A stretch of 63,289 nucleotides of DNA, filler included, from Intoshia linei (taxonomy: Eukaryota > Animalia > Orthonectida), in NCBI GenBank assembly GCA_001642005.1. It is 5 parts of 5 records of this genome, joined end to end, with 100 filler letters (N's around TTAATTAATTAA, not from the genome) between each part and the next. Parts side by side here need not be neighbours in the genome. Positions count along the whole stretch, not along the records: positions 1 to 9,845 come from LWCA01001330.1; positions 9,946 to 30,761 come from LWCA01000669.1; 3 more parts are not named here. One strand, given 5' to 3'. Under the pieces are notes generated by a model. The model was not told the origin of the DNA and searched no databases. It was given only the letters and a program-made list of their open reading frames with translations. Positions 1 through 12,900 of the stretch are shown one piece after another. The position numbers were made by a program, and so were the translations under genes. The stretch's first letter is position 1. Every line of letters starts with the position of its first letter.

Positions 1-945
1 TAAATTTAATGAACTTTGCATTAATTGTTGTCTTCTTGTTGTTTAGTAACTTTATTGCTATAAATTTTTTAGTGCCATAAAAAATTGCATTTGTTGACTT
101 TTGTAATCAGCATTGGTGGTAAATATTATCCTCACAAACTGACATCATCATGATCAAAACCACAGATTACCTTTTTTTATTTATACACAATGTATGTTTT
201 ATTAAAATTTTGGGCTGATATATGTTTCAAACAAAAGAGAAAATTGAGTTTTTAACAATGAAGGACTCAAATTTTGAAACTGAAAAATAGATAAAACAAG
301 ATATGGGATAAACTATTAGAAATTAGGTTTTTTAAATTCTGCGACAGTTACTTTTTTTCATAAATGGTTACACACACAAACCAATACAGACATTTATTTT
401 CATATAAGTAAAGGATAAAAAAATAAATAAATATATTCATAAAATTTTCAAATTCTCACGACCTGTCTGATAAATTTCACGACCTCCCAGTTGAAAACCA
501 CTAGGCTATAATTTATATGATAATATTTAATGATATTAATTTATATGATAACTATTAAATATATTTTTTTAATTTTAAACACTTTTTAGCTGTTTCTTAA
601 CATGGAAATCGTAAAATTTTTCAAGAGCTTAGCGAAATATTTTGTACTACTTTTGTATACTATACTTTTAAATATTTAGTATACACGAAATGAAATTAGC
701 GTTAACTTTATATGAATGTATATATTAGCATTCATTTCACTTGTTTGTTTTGTACGTTTTATTTCCAATACCATACATCATTTGAACAAATCATATATTT
801 ATACTTGTCAATTATTAGAATTTGTTCATGTTCCTAGCTGTCGTTTTCTGTTGATTATTTATTTTTGCTTTTGTCGATGAGACCATTGGACCATTAAAAT
901 AATTTTAAGGTTTTTGATGTTTATATTTATCAATATAGGTTATTT

Positions 946-1413
946 TTGAAAAATGTTACGAGTGAAGAAAATTTATTCATATGCATTACAATGATGAGTT
1001 TTTACGAGTTGTTACCATTTTTAATTTATTATGTATCTCGCTTGGCGTACGTTATTGCTAACATTTCTGAATCGTCATTTAATTATCATGTGTATAAACC
1101 TATTGTAGTACTCTTTAGAGATTTAGAATATATGTTTCTAGATGCATTAATAATCGGTAAATGTGCAATTTCAATATACAGAAAAGATTTATTCGATTTG
1201 GTGGATTCTGTACGTATTTTGTCTGTATTACGTATGCGTATACATTTAAATGAAGCAATTGTACGAATACTTAAAGGAATTGTTTATTTAAAAAATTTTT
1301 TTATAAATGAATTTATTACAATTGCCCTTATTATTATTTTTTTAACCTACTTAGCTCCAACATTAATATCTTCAAATGGACATTCTTATGAAAGAAAAAA
1401 ATATATCAAATAA
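946..1413 (+). CDS. Hypothetical hydrophobic protein (possible exon of unknown membrane protein)
   Basis: 155-codon open frame in ~75% AT DNA; no recognisable motif. Confidence 0.2.
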   Translation: MKNVTSEENLFICITMMSFYELLPFLIYYVSRLAYVIANISESSFNYHVYKPIVVLFRDLEYMFLDALIIGKCAISIYRKDLFDLVDSVRILSVLRMRIHLNEAIVRILKGIVYLKNFFINEFITIALIIIFLTYLAPTLISSNGHSYERKKYIK

Positions 1414-1914
1414 TACAACACATCGTAACGATTGAAATAATATAATACACCTGTACGACACTTGTATAATTACAACTTTTAAATAAATGTTGTCTCATTT
1501 ATTACTAATTATAAATACTTTTGAACCGTGTTTCTTAAACTATAAGTTAATATCTATTCCTTAGAGTCTAAGGCTTAGACTCTAATGTTCCTATCGAATT
1601 CTAGCATGTTTACTTTTTATTTTATCCATGTTTAAAGTTCTTATAATTTTATAAAAATTTTCACTAAAAACAAAAATAAATTAGGTAGAATTGAATTTTA
1701 ACCCTTTAACGTAATTTACATGTATACAAACATAAAATGGAGCTATCTAAATTTTATTACAGTAAATTCGTGCAAGAGGCGGTACAAACATTGTATATAA
1801 ATTAATTATTTGTATATTAGGTCGTTTCATAAGTAATGTCGTTTTTATTGTAACTTTATTATAAATCACTATATGTTTACGAATATTTACTGTAAGCGTT
1901 ATTTTTTTATTTTT

Positions 1915-2085
1915 ACGAAATATGGACAAATGTGTATTCGATGAAAGAGTAATTTCCGATGACAAACATATTTTTTAATTAGTATTTAGAGAAACAAGTT
2001 GGATGATTATGATGATTATAATGAATCATTTTTAGAATAAATTATCACAGTAGATAAAAAATGGGTATTATGGGATAACACAAAA
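1915..2085 (+). mobile_element. Degenerate mariner transposase fragment
   Basis: ~2023-2085 reads ESFLE*IITVDKKWVLWD, resembling mariner FLxRIVTxDEKWxxYDN; upstream MDKCVFDE resembles KWVPHE. Confidence 0.5.
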
Positions 2086-2149
2086 TTGACTAATTTTTTT
2101 TTAAAATTGTAGGCTGAATATTTACTTTTTAATATTTAATATCTAAACC

Positions 2150-2760
2150 TTTGAAAAATATTGGTGTATAATATATTAAAAATTATTTTTCACCGGGAAT
2201 GCGTAGATTTCTGGGGTTGAACTTTTGTATTTATTATATAAATTTTATATCAACTGGAATAAGCTCAATCAGAATAATCATTTTTTTAATTTGCGAACTG
2301 TTAATTATTTCACATTTTTTTTAAATAAATTACTTTGGAAAAAAAATATATGAATACTAAAAGCTTTTTTAACCGTGAAGTCGTCACTTATTCGAATTGA
2401 AATTTTTTGTGTGTTAACAGGATACAACTTTATCACCTGTAAACTTTTCTAAATTCTAGGGCAATTTTCATAAAAAAAAGGGTAATTGGTGGTTTTGGCC
2501 CTGAAGATATAATTTTTTTAAATTTAAATTTATGATTTTAAAATCCATATCAGCGTATATATTTTTTAAATTTTCCAACTCGTTTGATTTTCAAAAAAAA
2601 GGACAATTGGGGTTTTTGATTCATAATATGTGAGTTTGGGAGGTTGAAATTTATTTTATTATATGTTCCGACTAAAACTGTAATTGAAATGTGGACTTTA
2701 TAAAATTATAAGACTGGTAGTTTGAAATAAAGTGGAACACACAAATATTGCGTAGCTTAT
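2150..2760 (-). mobile_element. Non-autonomous Helitron-like repeat copy
   Basis: Reverse complement of the repeat at 24980-25620 and 31417-32080. Confidence 0.6.
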
Positions 2761-3222
2761 TACAGTGATAAACTTTATGTCTCAATTCAGTTATTGTTTA
2801 GTTACACAATTTTTTTTATATATTTAATAAATTTTTGTTTTTAAGCAATATTAGTACGTTAAAAATATGGTCGCACTAATTACATTGTTCAACAAAATTT
2901 TGACAAAATGACCGAAACTTTTGTTATATGTAAGTGAACCGGTATACACCTATTTTTAAAAAAATTTATTAATTTAAAGATCGACTTTGGGTTTAATTAA
3001 CGGTCAAAGTTTTTTTTAAAGAGGTACACTACACCTTTAAGTTTATTTGCAATTAATATTGTATATTACAAATGGTAAAACCATGAAGGTATGTGTTTCT
3101 GTAGCCGAGATTAATTATTTTCAAAAATAGAAATAATGACGAAAAGATTTTAAAACGAGAACAGTAAAAAGAAATTTACCTTGTGATCAAAATTTAATTG
3201 AAATTTTTACAAAGTACATAAA

Positions 3223-4411
3223 CTACATAATTGAACCACTAAATAGTTTATAAAGATAACTATCGTTCAAGCATCCGTTTGTAAATTCTTCAAGAGTAAT
3301 CATACCATCCTCGTTGATATCGAATGTTTTAAAAATATGTTCACAAATTCTTTCTGAATTCATATTAGCGGGTAATTCCGCTGTTTTATCAATTTCCAAT
3401 ATTCCCTAATTTTAAAAAATATAATAAAAAATGTAACATTTACATCAATTATACTTTTGAATTCTTTTCTATCAATTAATCCATTATTATTTGTATCGAC
3501 TAATTGAAATATTATTTTTAATTTTTCTTTAGGTTGTCCATTTTTTGTTATACTTACAGCCTAGTTTAATTTTTTTAAATGTATAAGTATTAATTAATGA
3601 CCAGCGGTTCAGAACCTTTTTCAATAATGGTTACTAAACTAAATAATTATGAAAATTCAGACCCAAGGGAGGAACCGTCTTTTGAATCCGCTGTTAGTGG
3701 CATATACGTTTAAATAATATTACTTGCGTAAACTTATTAAAATCTATAACTTTTAATTTTTTGTCTTCTAATTTATTGAACACTATTCTGTAAAATGTTG
3801 CTTCTTTGTTTTCTGGGATTAACATGTCGTAAATGTTTAAAAATTCAATTCGTGATATTTTTCCTTTTTTGCAAAATTTCTAAATAAAATTTGATGATAA
3901 TAAGTAAATAAAATAAACAAAATTGACTTTTTGTTAATTTACAGTTAATAAAATTTTCAACCTTTGAAATCTACGTATTTCTGTCAAAAACTATCCAACA
4001 GTAGAAACAATTCACATTATTGTTGAAATTGATGAAATATCAGAGTTGAATATCATAGTATCGGGATAACTTAATTTGATCAGTAGGCTCAGTGTGACTC
4101 ACTACAGATATGTCCAAATGAACATGCCTATTGTTTATAAAACTATCTTTTATCTGAAATCGTTTAATTATTATTCATATTAAAGATGAGTCAACATGCA
4201 CAATTAAATGATTATCCACTCAATTAACAGACTTTTTAAATTTAAACATAAATACAATAAGTGTACTTGTATAAATATCTAATATGCAACTGAAAATTTA
4301 CACGTAAATTAAAAATCAAACCTTAAATCCAGAATGCCACTGTTCAATTTGAGCATTATTGAAAATCGAGTAAACATTATGAGAAGATGTGTTTGGATGA
4401 CGATTCCCCAT
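3223..4411 (-). CDS. Neuronal calcium sensor family EF-hand protein (neurocalcin/frequenin-like), 4 exons, ~181 aa
   Basis: Exons 4411-4322, 3879-3724, 3560-3444, 3405-3223 splice in frame at GT-AG: MGNRHP...EQWHSGFK/KFCKKGKISRIEF.../...DTNNNGLIDRKE.../...DINEDGMITLEEF; N-terminal MG typical of myristoylated NCS proteins. Confidence 0.88.
3602..3693. mobile_element. ~90 bp hAT-like MITE in NCS intron
   Basis: Termini cagcggttcaga ... tgaatccgctg are imperfect inverted repeats; flanks ttaatgac/ttagtggc resemble a decayed 8-bp TSD. Confidence 0.45.
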
Positions 4412-5481
4412 GATATCAATTGAAAATATGAATTGGACGTATCAATAATTTGGAATATTTATATTGTGATTTTAACAAAAATACGAAACTAAACAGTATA
4501 TGTAAAGATAATTGTCTGGAATTAAAGGCTAACACTATTATATGTAATTAATCAATAATAAAGAGATAATTAGCATTTAAATTTTTAATTTATTATAATA
4601 ATAATTATTAATAACGGTTTCATTCATTTGTTTGAACGCGAAAAAAATTTATAAATATACCATGTTCTGAATACCTGTGTAACTATTTTAATTTAGTTTC
4701 TTGTAACATTAAAATAGGTTTTATATTTCACTTTTTAATTTTGTAAGAGTCTAATTTAATTATATCGAGTGTTACAAGTGCACTACAAATCAAAGACTCG
4801 GAATGTCAATACGATATGATATTATACATTTTTGTATAAATTATAATAAAATATAATGTATATGTATAATTAATACAGTTTGTATTACCGCGTGTATCCA
4901 TTATATCGTCACTTTAAATTTTAAATGATCATATATCGGAAAATCTTGATACATTTTATTAAACATTGATTAATTCGTATATGATTTGATAAATTGCACC
5001 TTTCATATTGTTTATTTGTAAGACAAATTACAAAATCAATACTTATTAATTATATATAATAATAAATATGGTGCAGCCCAAACGCAGGAGTTACAACATG
5101 CATTAGTTATTATTTTTTAAATATTCATTATTATCAGTACATGTTTTCATATTATATATATCAAACAACTTACATTTTATAATATTTTTTGTATTGCAAT
5201 AATTATTGATGATTTCAGTGTATTTTGAGTGACATCTTATAAAATATATTATGATTTCCATTGTATAAGCATCAGATTTATGTTAACTTAAATTTTTCAC
5301 TATTAAATAATACACACATTAATTTTACACATTTAACTTTTCTACGAATTATTAACTGAATTTAACCATTTACAGTGTGTTTTTTTAGTTTATGTGACAT
5401 AAACCATAAACATGTGCAAAGTACAATGACATGAATCATACACACAAAAAAAATTTTAAATGTTTATTATTATAGTTTTGG

Positions 5482-5721
5482 TTAAATGGGTAAATCTTCA
5501 TTCTTGTTAATAGTGATTCTGCTGAATATTAATCCACAAGATTCACATATCGGAGCTAAGCAGCAATTTAAGAAGGTCCCCCATAATTTTTGACAGCAGC
5601 CGCAGTTTATAGCTATAGCTCTTAAACAAGGTGTATAGTACCATATATGAAGGAATGAGATACAGCCCAAATTACATCCCCAACATAAACCTAACCAACA
5701 ACCACAAAACACGGACAACAT
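5482..5721 (-). CDS. Caveolin, terminal exon (upstream exons not identified)
   Basis: LSVFCGCWLGLCWGCNLGCISFLHIWYYTPCLR...LAPICESCGLIFSRI matches the caveolin membrane/C-terminal region (SFLHIW...PC...DPLFEAVGKIFS); preceded by a tttag acceptor. Confidence 0.88.
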   Translation of the reverse strand: MLSVFCGCWLGLCWGCNLGCISFLHIWYYTPCLRAIAINCGCCQKLWGTFLNCCLAPICESCGLIFSRITINKNEDLPI

Positions 5722-5860
5722 CTAAATTTATATAATTATAATTTTAAAATAAATGCAAAATAATTGTAAATACTAACTTGTCTGTTCTGTACTAAGTACT
5801 TTGAACAAATAGTAACTATCCCTGTCCAGAGCGCACGTTTTCATGTTTTTTATATATATA

Positions 5861-6761
5861 CTAGGTTGACTGTTATGTACTACGTACAAACAGCATCTAT
5901 CTCTGCCGATGGCACATTTTTATTCTACCAAAAAAATAAATTCACGTTGAAAATCTAACTTAAAAATCCACTATTCACTATTATCCCTTTTAAAGGAGTG
6001 GTTCCCAAACTTGTTTCAGGTAGAACCGTCATATCGCATTACTTTTTACTTTAAAGTGAATTATTCCATCTTAATTTTTTTTGTTAACATTTGTGTAAAG
6101 AATTTTAAAAATAATTGTTATTCCATTTTTTTAATTTATTAGACAGAATGTAATTATTCTTACATTTGGACACATCTATTTCGTTTGGAATTATTTACTT
6201 ACTCTCATTTAGTATCTGAAATGTTATATTGAGAATAAGTAAATAGTACTGATATGACCGTTCCACCTAAAACAAGTTTGGGAACCACTCCTTTAAAAGG
6301 TTGATAATAGTGAATAGTAGGATTTTTAAGTTAGATTTTCAACATGAATTTATTTTTGATAGAATGAAAATGTGCCCTCGGCAGAGCTACTGTCTTTTCT
6401 CGATTATAAGAAGTCTTCTTATATTCGAGAGTAGAAGAAAAAAAGATTATAATCAAAAACAAGCAGACTTTTAAGCAAACCTTGAAAAATATAAAAAATA
6501 CACTGAAAGTTTTTTTTATAATTAGTATAAACTTATGAATTAGACATTCTATTGTATGAAGGAAGTTATTTTTCAAAAATAAATTGATATGTTGTCTATT
6601 TTTTGTTTAAAGTTTTTTCTTTCGAATACAAGCAGAAACTGCTTATATTCAAATTTTATTTAGTTAAAAATTTCACTGAAAATTTGTATTTCAGGGATTT
6701 GCTTATAATCGAGAAAAAACAGTAGGTGATGTTTGTACATTGTACATAACAGTTAACCTAG
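5861..6761. repeat. Inverted pair of Helitron-like 3' ends with a nested TA-flanked MITE (6390-6722)
   Basis: 5861-6035 is the reverse complement of 6250-6389 plus 6725-6761; both ends are CTAG; nested element has TIRs ctgtcttttctcgattataag / cttataatcgagaaaaaacag. Confidence 0.7.
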
Positions 6762-6882
6762 TTATGATACATAAATACAGATGTGCTAATATTAATAAAT
6801 GTAGTAAATTATTTCACAATAATTTATAAACTATATAATTTACACATTATATTTAATTTCTTACGTTTGTATCCGATATCAA

Positions 6883-7161
6883 GTGTATAATATAACACCG
6901 GAAAGAATTGTAAATTTTGTTGATAGAGTTGTAGATAAAAATAAGCACAATTTAGCAAAATATTTGGATGAGATAATTGAGTATGCTGATGAAGAATTAA
7001 ATAAAGTGAAACATGATCCATCTTATTTTCAGCGTGAAAATATCATCGAAACTACCCGTCTCATGCAAATTGCCAAAACGATGAATATGACACTTGAACT
7101 ATATTTGAGAAAATTATACAAAGCCAGAGAATCTGCAATCAAAGAGTGTAATGAGACGTAA
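6883..7161 (+). CDS. Hypothetical helical protein fragment
   Basis: 92-codon frame with protein-like charged composition; no ATG start; no family recognised. Confidence 0.35.
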   Translation: MYNITPERIVNFVDRVVDKNKHNLAKYLDEIIEYADEELNKVKHDPSYFQRENIIETTRLMQIAKTMNMTLELYLRKLYKARESAIKECNET

Positions 7162-8549
7162 TTTATTAAAATTTTAATATACTAAAAATATAACAGTAGG
7201 GACGTTCCCGAAAAGAATCGGTGTTCATTTTTTTAAACTTAAGTGGAATTAACTGCACATGTATATGATGAATGTAATATATGTCATTGAAATTTTAAAA
7301 ATTAGTTATTTATTAGTTGTATTTTTATAATTTTCCATATCCCTTACTAATAAATTATTAGTAACAATAAATTAAGCAACTCTGCTACTAATAAATCAAT
7401 GCCTCAAAATTAAGTTATCTACTAACCGTAAGTCTCACTGTGTAAATTAATTTATAAAATATAATTTATATTAGCTTTTAGATACCAAAAAAATCGTCAT
7501 AAGAAAAATGTGCATGGTATTGTATGGTGTAAATTATATTATATCTTATATATCTACCATACTATGGTACGATAATAGACGAGGAAAAAAACAATTACAT
7601 TTTTTTAAATGTTAAATGTTGATAAATATTTATGTTAATTTTAAATTTAGCACCCCGTTAGTCAGATCCATTATTTCCAGTACCTTATAAAATAAAGGAA
7701 TACTACTTTAAAATTCCATGTAAGAATAATATTTCATTGATATTATATACAACCCTATTAATATCGAAAATGAATAGTGTTGTCAAACCGGTTTACCGAA
7801 ATAAAATATTAGAAAAGCATGTTAATTATCGGTTGCCCAATTGAGTAAGAATAATTTTACTCTTTTGGATACTTAAGCAGTAATAACTTACATGTTGAAA
7901 AAATTAATACTAGATTAAGTTCTTCTGTTTTTTTGAATTTAAAAAATCATATTTACAACGTATAAACAGTAACTAATTATTTGACATTAATGCTAATGAA
8001 ATATATCAACTGAAGATAAACGGTTCTAGCATATTCAACAAAATAATATTCAGGCGATCTGAAAATTCAGAGTTAAAAAGATTAAAATGAGCCAATTATG
8101 GTAAAAAAGTGTTTAAAAGTTGAAAATTTTAAAAATAAATAATTTACATATATACTCAAAAGACCACAAAATTATGTGGGCTACTGGTTGCCGACCCCTG
8201 CTTATAACTTAAAATTTAAATTAATAACACCCATAAATCGTAATAAGATTGTAAATTCATAACTCTGCACACCTTAAATCAATGTGACATGAAATTAAAT
8301 AGTAAATTTAAATTATTATTATGATCAACATTTCAATATAATCATTTTTACTTGTACTTAACTCTTTGTTTGTGTGTTATCGTTTATTTCAATAACTAAG
8401 AGAATTAGAATTTTATAAACTCCATATTTTTATTACAGTTTTTTCCGTGAATAAAAATATGATAAATTTCCACTTCTCAAACTCACACCTTACGGGTCCA
8501 AAACCCCAATTGTCCTTTTTATTAAAAATCAAACAAGTTGGAGAATTTA

Positions 8550-9845
8550 AAGATTATAGGCGTTTAAATGCCGTGACAAAAAGGGATTCTTATCAAACAA
8601 TAAGTCCTGGCGATATGTTTAACAGTTTAAAAGAAGGGCGAATTTTTTCGACGTTGGATCTGAGTAAAGGATTTTGGCAGATACCATTAAAGGCGGAGCA
8701 TCGACATTTGACGGCGTTCGCGACAGATGCAAATGGATTGGGTAATAAATTGTTCCAATTTAAAGTGTTGCCATTTGGATTGACAAACAAACCAGCGGCG
8801 TGTCAAAGATTGAGTGACAAGGTACTGGCGGGAGAAGATCATGCAGTAGCGTATTTGGACGATATAATTGTAATTTCAAGAACTATGGCGGAACATGTAG
8901 GGCACTTGAGAAATGTATTGTCTAGATTACGAAAATTTGGTTTAACGGTGAACCCGGCGAAATGTTATGTTGATGCTAAGGAATTGACGTATTTATGTCA
9001 CGTAATTAATACAAATGGCGTAGGAACAGATCCGGAAAAATTAAAGAAAGTTGAGGAATGGCCAAAACTTACAACTGTTAAAGGCGTAAGAAGTTTTATT
9101 AGTTTCGGTAGTTACTATAGGCGATTTGTGCCCCATTTCTCAGATTTATGTGCTCCATTGAATGAGTTAACGAGGAAAGGGCGACGTTTGCATTGGACAG
9201 TTGAATGTGACAAGGCGATGGGTCAATTAAAGGAGAAAATGTGTAAGTATACATTTATTAATCATGTAGATTGAGATGTTCCATTTATTTTGGATACAGA
9301 TGCCTCAAATTCAGGCATGGGGGCTACATTTTTCAAGGCGAAGGGTGGATAAACACAGTAAATGTTGCAACGGGAGCTACTCCGTCGAAAATAATGTATG
9401 GTAGAGAATTTAATTTACCAATAGATATAGAATACAGTTAAAACAGCATAATGATAATATTGCGAATGAAAGGAGTTTATCATCGTATAGGCGGAAATAT
9501 ACGAATAAAATGAAGGAGAATTACGACAAAACTGTCCCAATGAAAACGAGTCGTTAGCGTAAGGAATTTGTACATAATTCACCTATTACAAACAAGCTTG
9601 ATCAAAGATTCAGGAAATAAGATGAAAATAAAGAAGACATAGGAAAACAGGAATTGGCGGAACAAGACATTGAGTTAGGCGAAAAACTTTATTGCTATTG
9701 TCGACGAACAGAATTTATTGAAGATGGTGGAGGTTTCATGATGAACTGCGAAAATTGTGACGATTGGTTTCACAGTAAATGTTGTAACATAACAAAACAT
9801 CAGGCGGATAATTTAAAAAAATTTATTTGTAAAAGATGCGATAAA
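8550..9845 (+). mobile_element. Ty3/Gypsy pol remnant: RT, start of RNase H, integrase tail, PHD finger
   Basis: DYRRLN, LDLSKGFWQI, FGLTN, YLDD; PFILDTDAS at ~9280-9305; ATGATPSKIMYGREFNLPID at ~9366-9426; C4HC3 PHD at ~9684-9843. The first ~35 aa of ORF 8447 derive from the Helitron-like repeat. Confidence 0.9.
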
Positions 9846-9945
9846 NNNNNNNNNNNNNNNNNNNNNNNNNNNNNNNNNNNNNNNNNNNNTTAATTAATTA
9901 ANNNNNNNNNNNNNNNNNNNNNNNNNNNNNNNNNNNNNNNNNNNN
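9846..9945. other. Artificial contig spacer
   Basis: 44 N + TTAATTAATTAA (stops in all six frames) + 44 N. Confidence 0.97.
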
Positions 9946-12900
9946 TCAAAACTTTAGAGGCGATGCCCCAGGGTTTTTTTTAACAGTTGAGAGGTAAGAC
10001 TGGGTGCAAATTGAATAGTTTCAAAATGTTTATATGGTGGAAGGGTGCACTTTTAATATAAAAATTTGTTCACACCCCTAATGATAGTAACAGGGAGATC
10101 AAGGTATAAATTAGGATAATATAAAGCTAACTCTGTTAGAAAAGAGTGTGATTTCTATAAACTACTGTATACATGAAAAATTGAACGGCAGAATTTTACA
10201 CCTTCCGTGACATAAACTCTGAATTAGACATCTGTAAATTCAGACGTATTATTTTATTTTCTTATATTGATATCAGTTTACATTATTTTAGATGAACTTG
10301 AAAGAATTGGTAATACTGACGAATCAATATTGGAAAAATGCGGGAAATTGCAAACCTTGGCTAGTGACTTGTCAAATTTGTACGATAAGTATTGTTTTAA
10401 AATATTCTTAAGTACTACACCTTTTTCTATTCAAACTATAAAAATTAAAAAAGGTGTATTTTAAAAATCTTTTTTGCTAATCTAATCTACTAAATTTAAA
10501 TTTCTATGTAAACTGTAAAGCTATTTTTTAATGTGTAGCTATTACAAATAATAACTAGCTCTGCCGATAGGGCGTTTCCATAATTTTTCATAATACATGC
10601 ACAGATTCAATTTATAACCTTACAAAATAAGTATAGAGAAACATCAGTAGACCTGGCCAAACTGGCCACTATTAAAAATGATTATTCTTTGAAGATTTTA
10701 GTTTTGCATTCACATAACAAACTACATCTTAGAAAATTTTTAAATATAATTTTAAATTTAGGAATATTTAAATTTCTCGAGATAATAATTCCCGAGAGCA
10801 AGCACTAGTCCCTATACATTGTTTAATCGATCGTTTATGGCCTAAAACTTGAGAATCAATTATTCTAACAGTTGTAAATCTCATTTATCGTCATAATTTT
10901 GACATACAGTGTGTTGCAAAAGTATAAACACAACTAAGATATATACTATAGCTAATAACTATGATTACCTGATTAGGGTAATTATGTTTAGTGAATATTT
11001 TTATCTAGTATGCATTTTGTAAATGTTTAATTAAAAAAAGTAGTTAGGGCGTTCGGCAATATACATGATTTAAATAAAAAAAATATTTTTTCAAAAGTAT
11101 AAATGATTATAATGTATATTATATATATGTATTAATGTATGGTTTAGCTCAAAATTTTTCACAAATAAAATGAATGAAATTGTTATTACACAATCTTATC
11201 TTTACCCCATTCATTTAATAATTGATTTGGACAAGCTTGTAGTTATAAACATAAAACAACCAATTAGAACTGGTATGTATTATCAGCATTATTTGATTCA
11301 GTGCTTTAAAACTTGATAAAGTATAATTATAATTAAATGTTTTAATTGTGTACATTAATATGTATAATTTATAAATAATTTTAACGTTTTTGAAAAATCT
11401 CACCTTGAAAGAGTCAAGCGTTTTATTTTATTTTGTATATTTAAAATAGTGAATCCCAAAGTAGATACCGCGGTGGCAGTAATTCCGTTAAGCATTTTAA
11501 AATCTACCCCAAACGATTTGGAGATTTGGAATTTACATTTTTCATTTTAATTTCACTAATTTAAAAAATATAAAAAAGATTTAACTTTTAAATCTTAAAA
11601 CATGTGTTTAAGATAATATATTCATTTAAGAGTTGATTATCAAATTTGAGAGTTTTGAACATGGAATATATTTTAAATTGTAAATTGAAAGATTCCTTTT
11701 ATTTTATCAATAAGAACAACATAGTTTCGTTACACTGAATCGATTAATTATGATTATTATTATTGAGTCTACGCACGAAAACTTCAACAGTGATCATGTT
11801 TTTAATTCATAATTTTATATATATATAATTTTTTTTCATTCCAAAGACGAGAAAAGTTTTTAAATGTTATTACGAACAGAGCCGAACCTAGCCTACTGAA
11901 ATACCCGAAATAAAAACAGGTCCTAAAAATCTTTCCATAGTGTGTACTGTCAATGTCATATATCCCTAGCCATCTCTCAATGGGTCTTGAGTCTAGGCTC
12001 TGGCCTTGGATATTCGAAAAAGGAAGTCTACAAAGTTTTACAAAATATTTTTTCGATCCCCTACCTGCCTAAAGAGGTTTCGTTTAATGGTAGATTCGAA
12101 TCTGATTGTAATATTAAGTTATCATTAAAGTTTGTGGAAAGACCACTTAAAAATGATAATTTTATGAAAAGTGGTCACTTTTGAGAGCGTAGGCTAATTG
12201 TGTATATATTTTATTGAAAAAAATTTATTTTAGAAAAATTATGCTTTACAAATACCTTAGTTAATAGACTTTTAAAAATTCAAATTTCCAATCCAAATTT
12301 AATTCAATCAATATGTAAATCTGATGAAAATTTTTATTGTGTAAAATTTAATTGTTACATTTCAATATTTTATATACAGTACGGACATTAAGCGGCCACG
12401 TTTTGGTAAAAGTGGTCCGTTTATAAAATACTGGTTCATATTGATTTTAGCCTTTTTATATAAAAAAAACTGAAAAAAATGTAAGAATTTTTAAATTTAT
12501 AAAAAAGTGGTCCGATTAATCTTTCACTATTGTAGTTGAATAAGCCAATAAGTTTAATTTAATTTGTTAATTACATTTGCATACCATTTTATATTCTTTC
12601 TAAAATTTCACGAAAATTTTAAATTTTTTTCATTTTTTTTAAATTATAAGACAAATTAAAAAAAACAAAATAATATAATTATTAATGATGCGACGATTCC
12701 GATTCTTTACGACTTTTTTAAAAAAAAATAAAAATTAATTGCATATGAATTATCGCTTAATACAATAAAATAATTAAATTTTTCGAATATTGGTTTACTT
12801 GTAAATAGTTATTTTCGCTTTCTTCTTCAATTGAAATTTTAATAATTTTTAGGGTTCTATCTGTTTTCCAAAACGAAATGGAATGTTTGGTACAACTGGT

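Noticed and set aside
8447-8549. Novel N-terminal extension on the RT ORF
   Set aside because: It is the Helitron-like repeat read in frame by chance
9890-9901. Palindrome TTAATTAATTAA recurring four times
   Set aside because: Identical N-flanked artificial linker
9946-10211. Possible 3' LTR of the PHD-bearing Gypsy (ends gtgaca)
   Set aside because: Lies across an artificial spacer and no second LTR copy is visible
10267-10790. Possible terminal exons of an unknown gene (ELERIGNTDESILEKC...)
   Set aside because: No recognisable family and ambiguous splicing
11215-11403. Possible GPCR TM7 exon (IIHTSSNWLFY)
   Set aside because: Too short, no other exons identified
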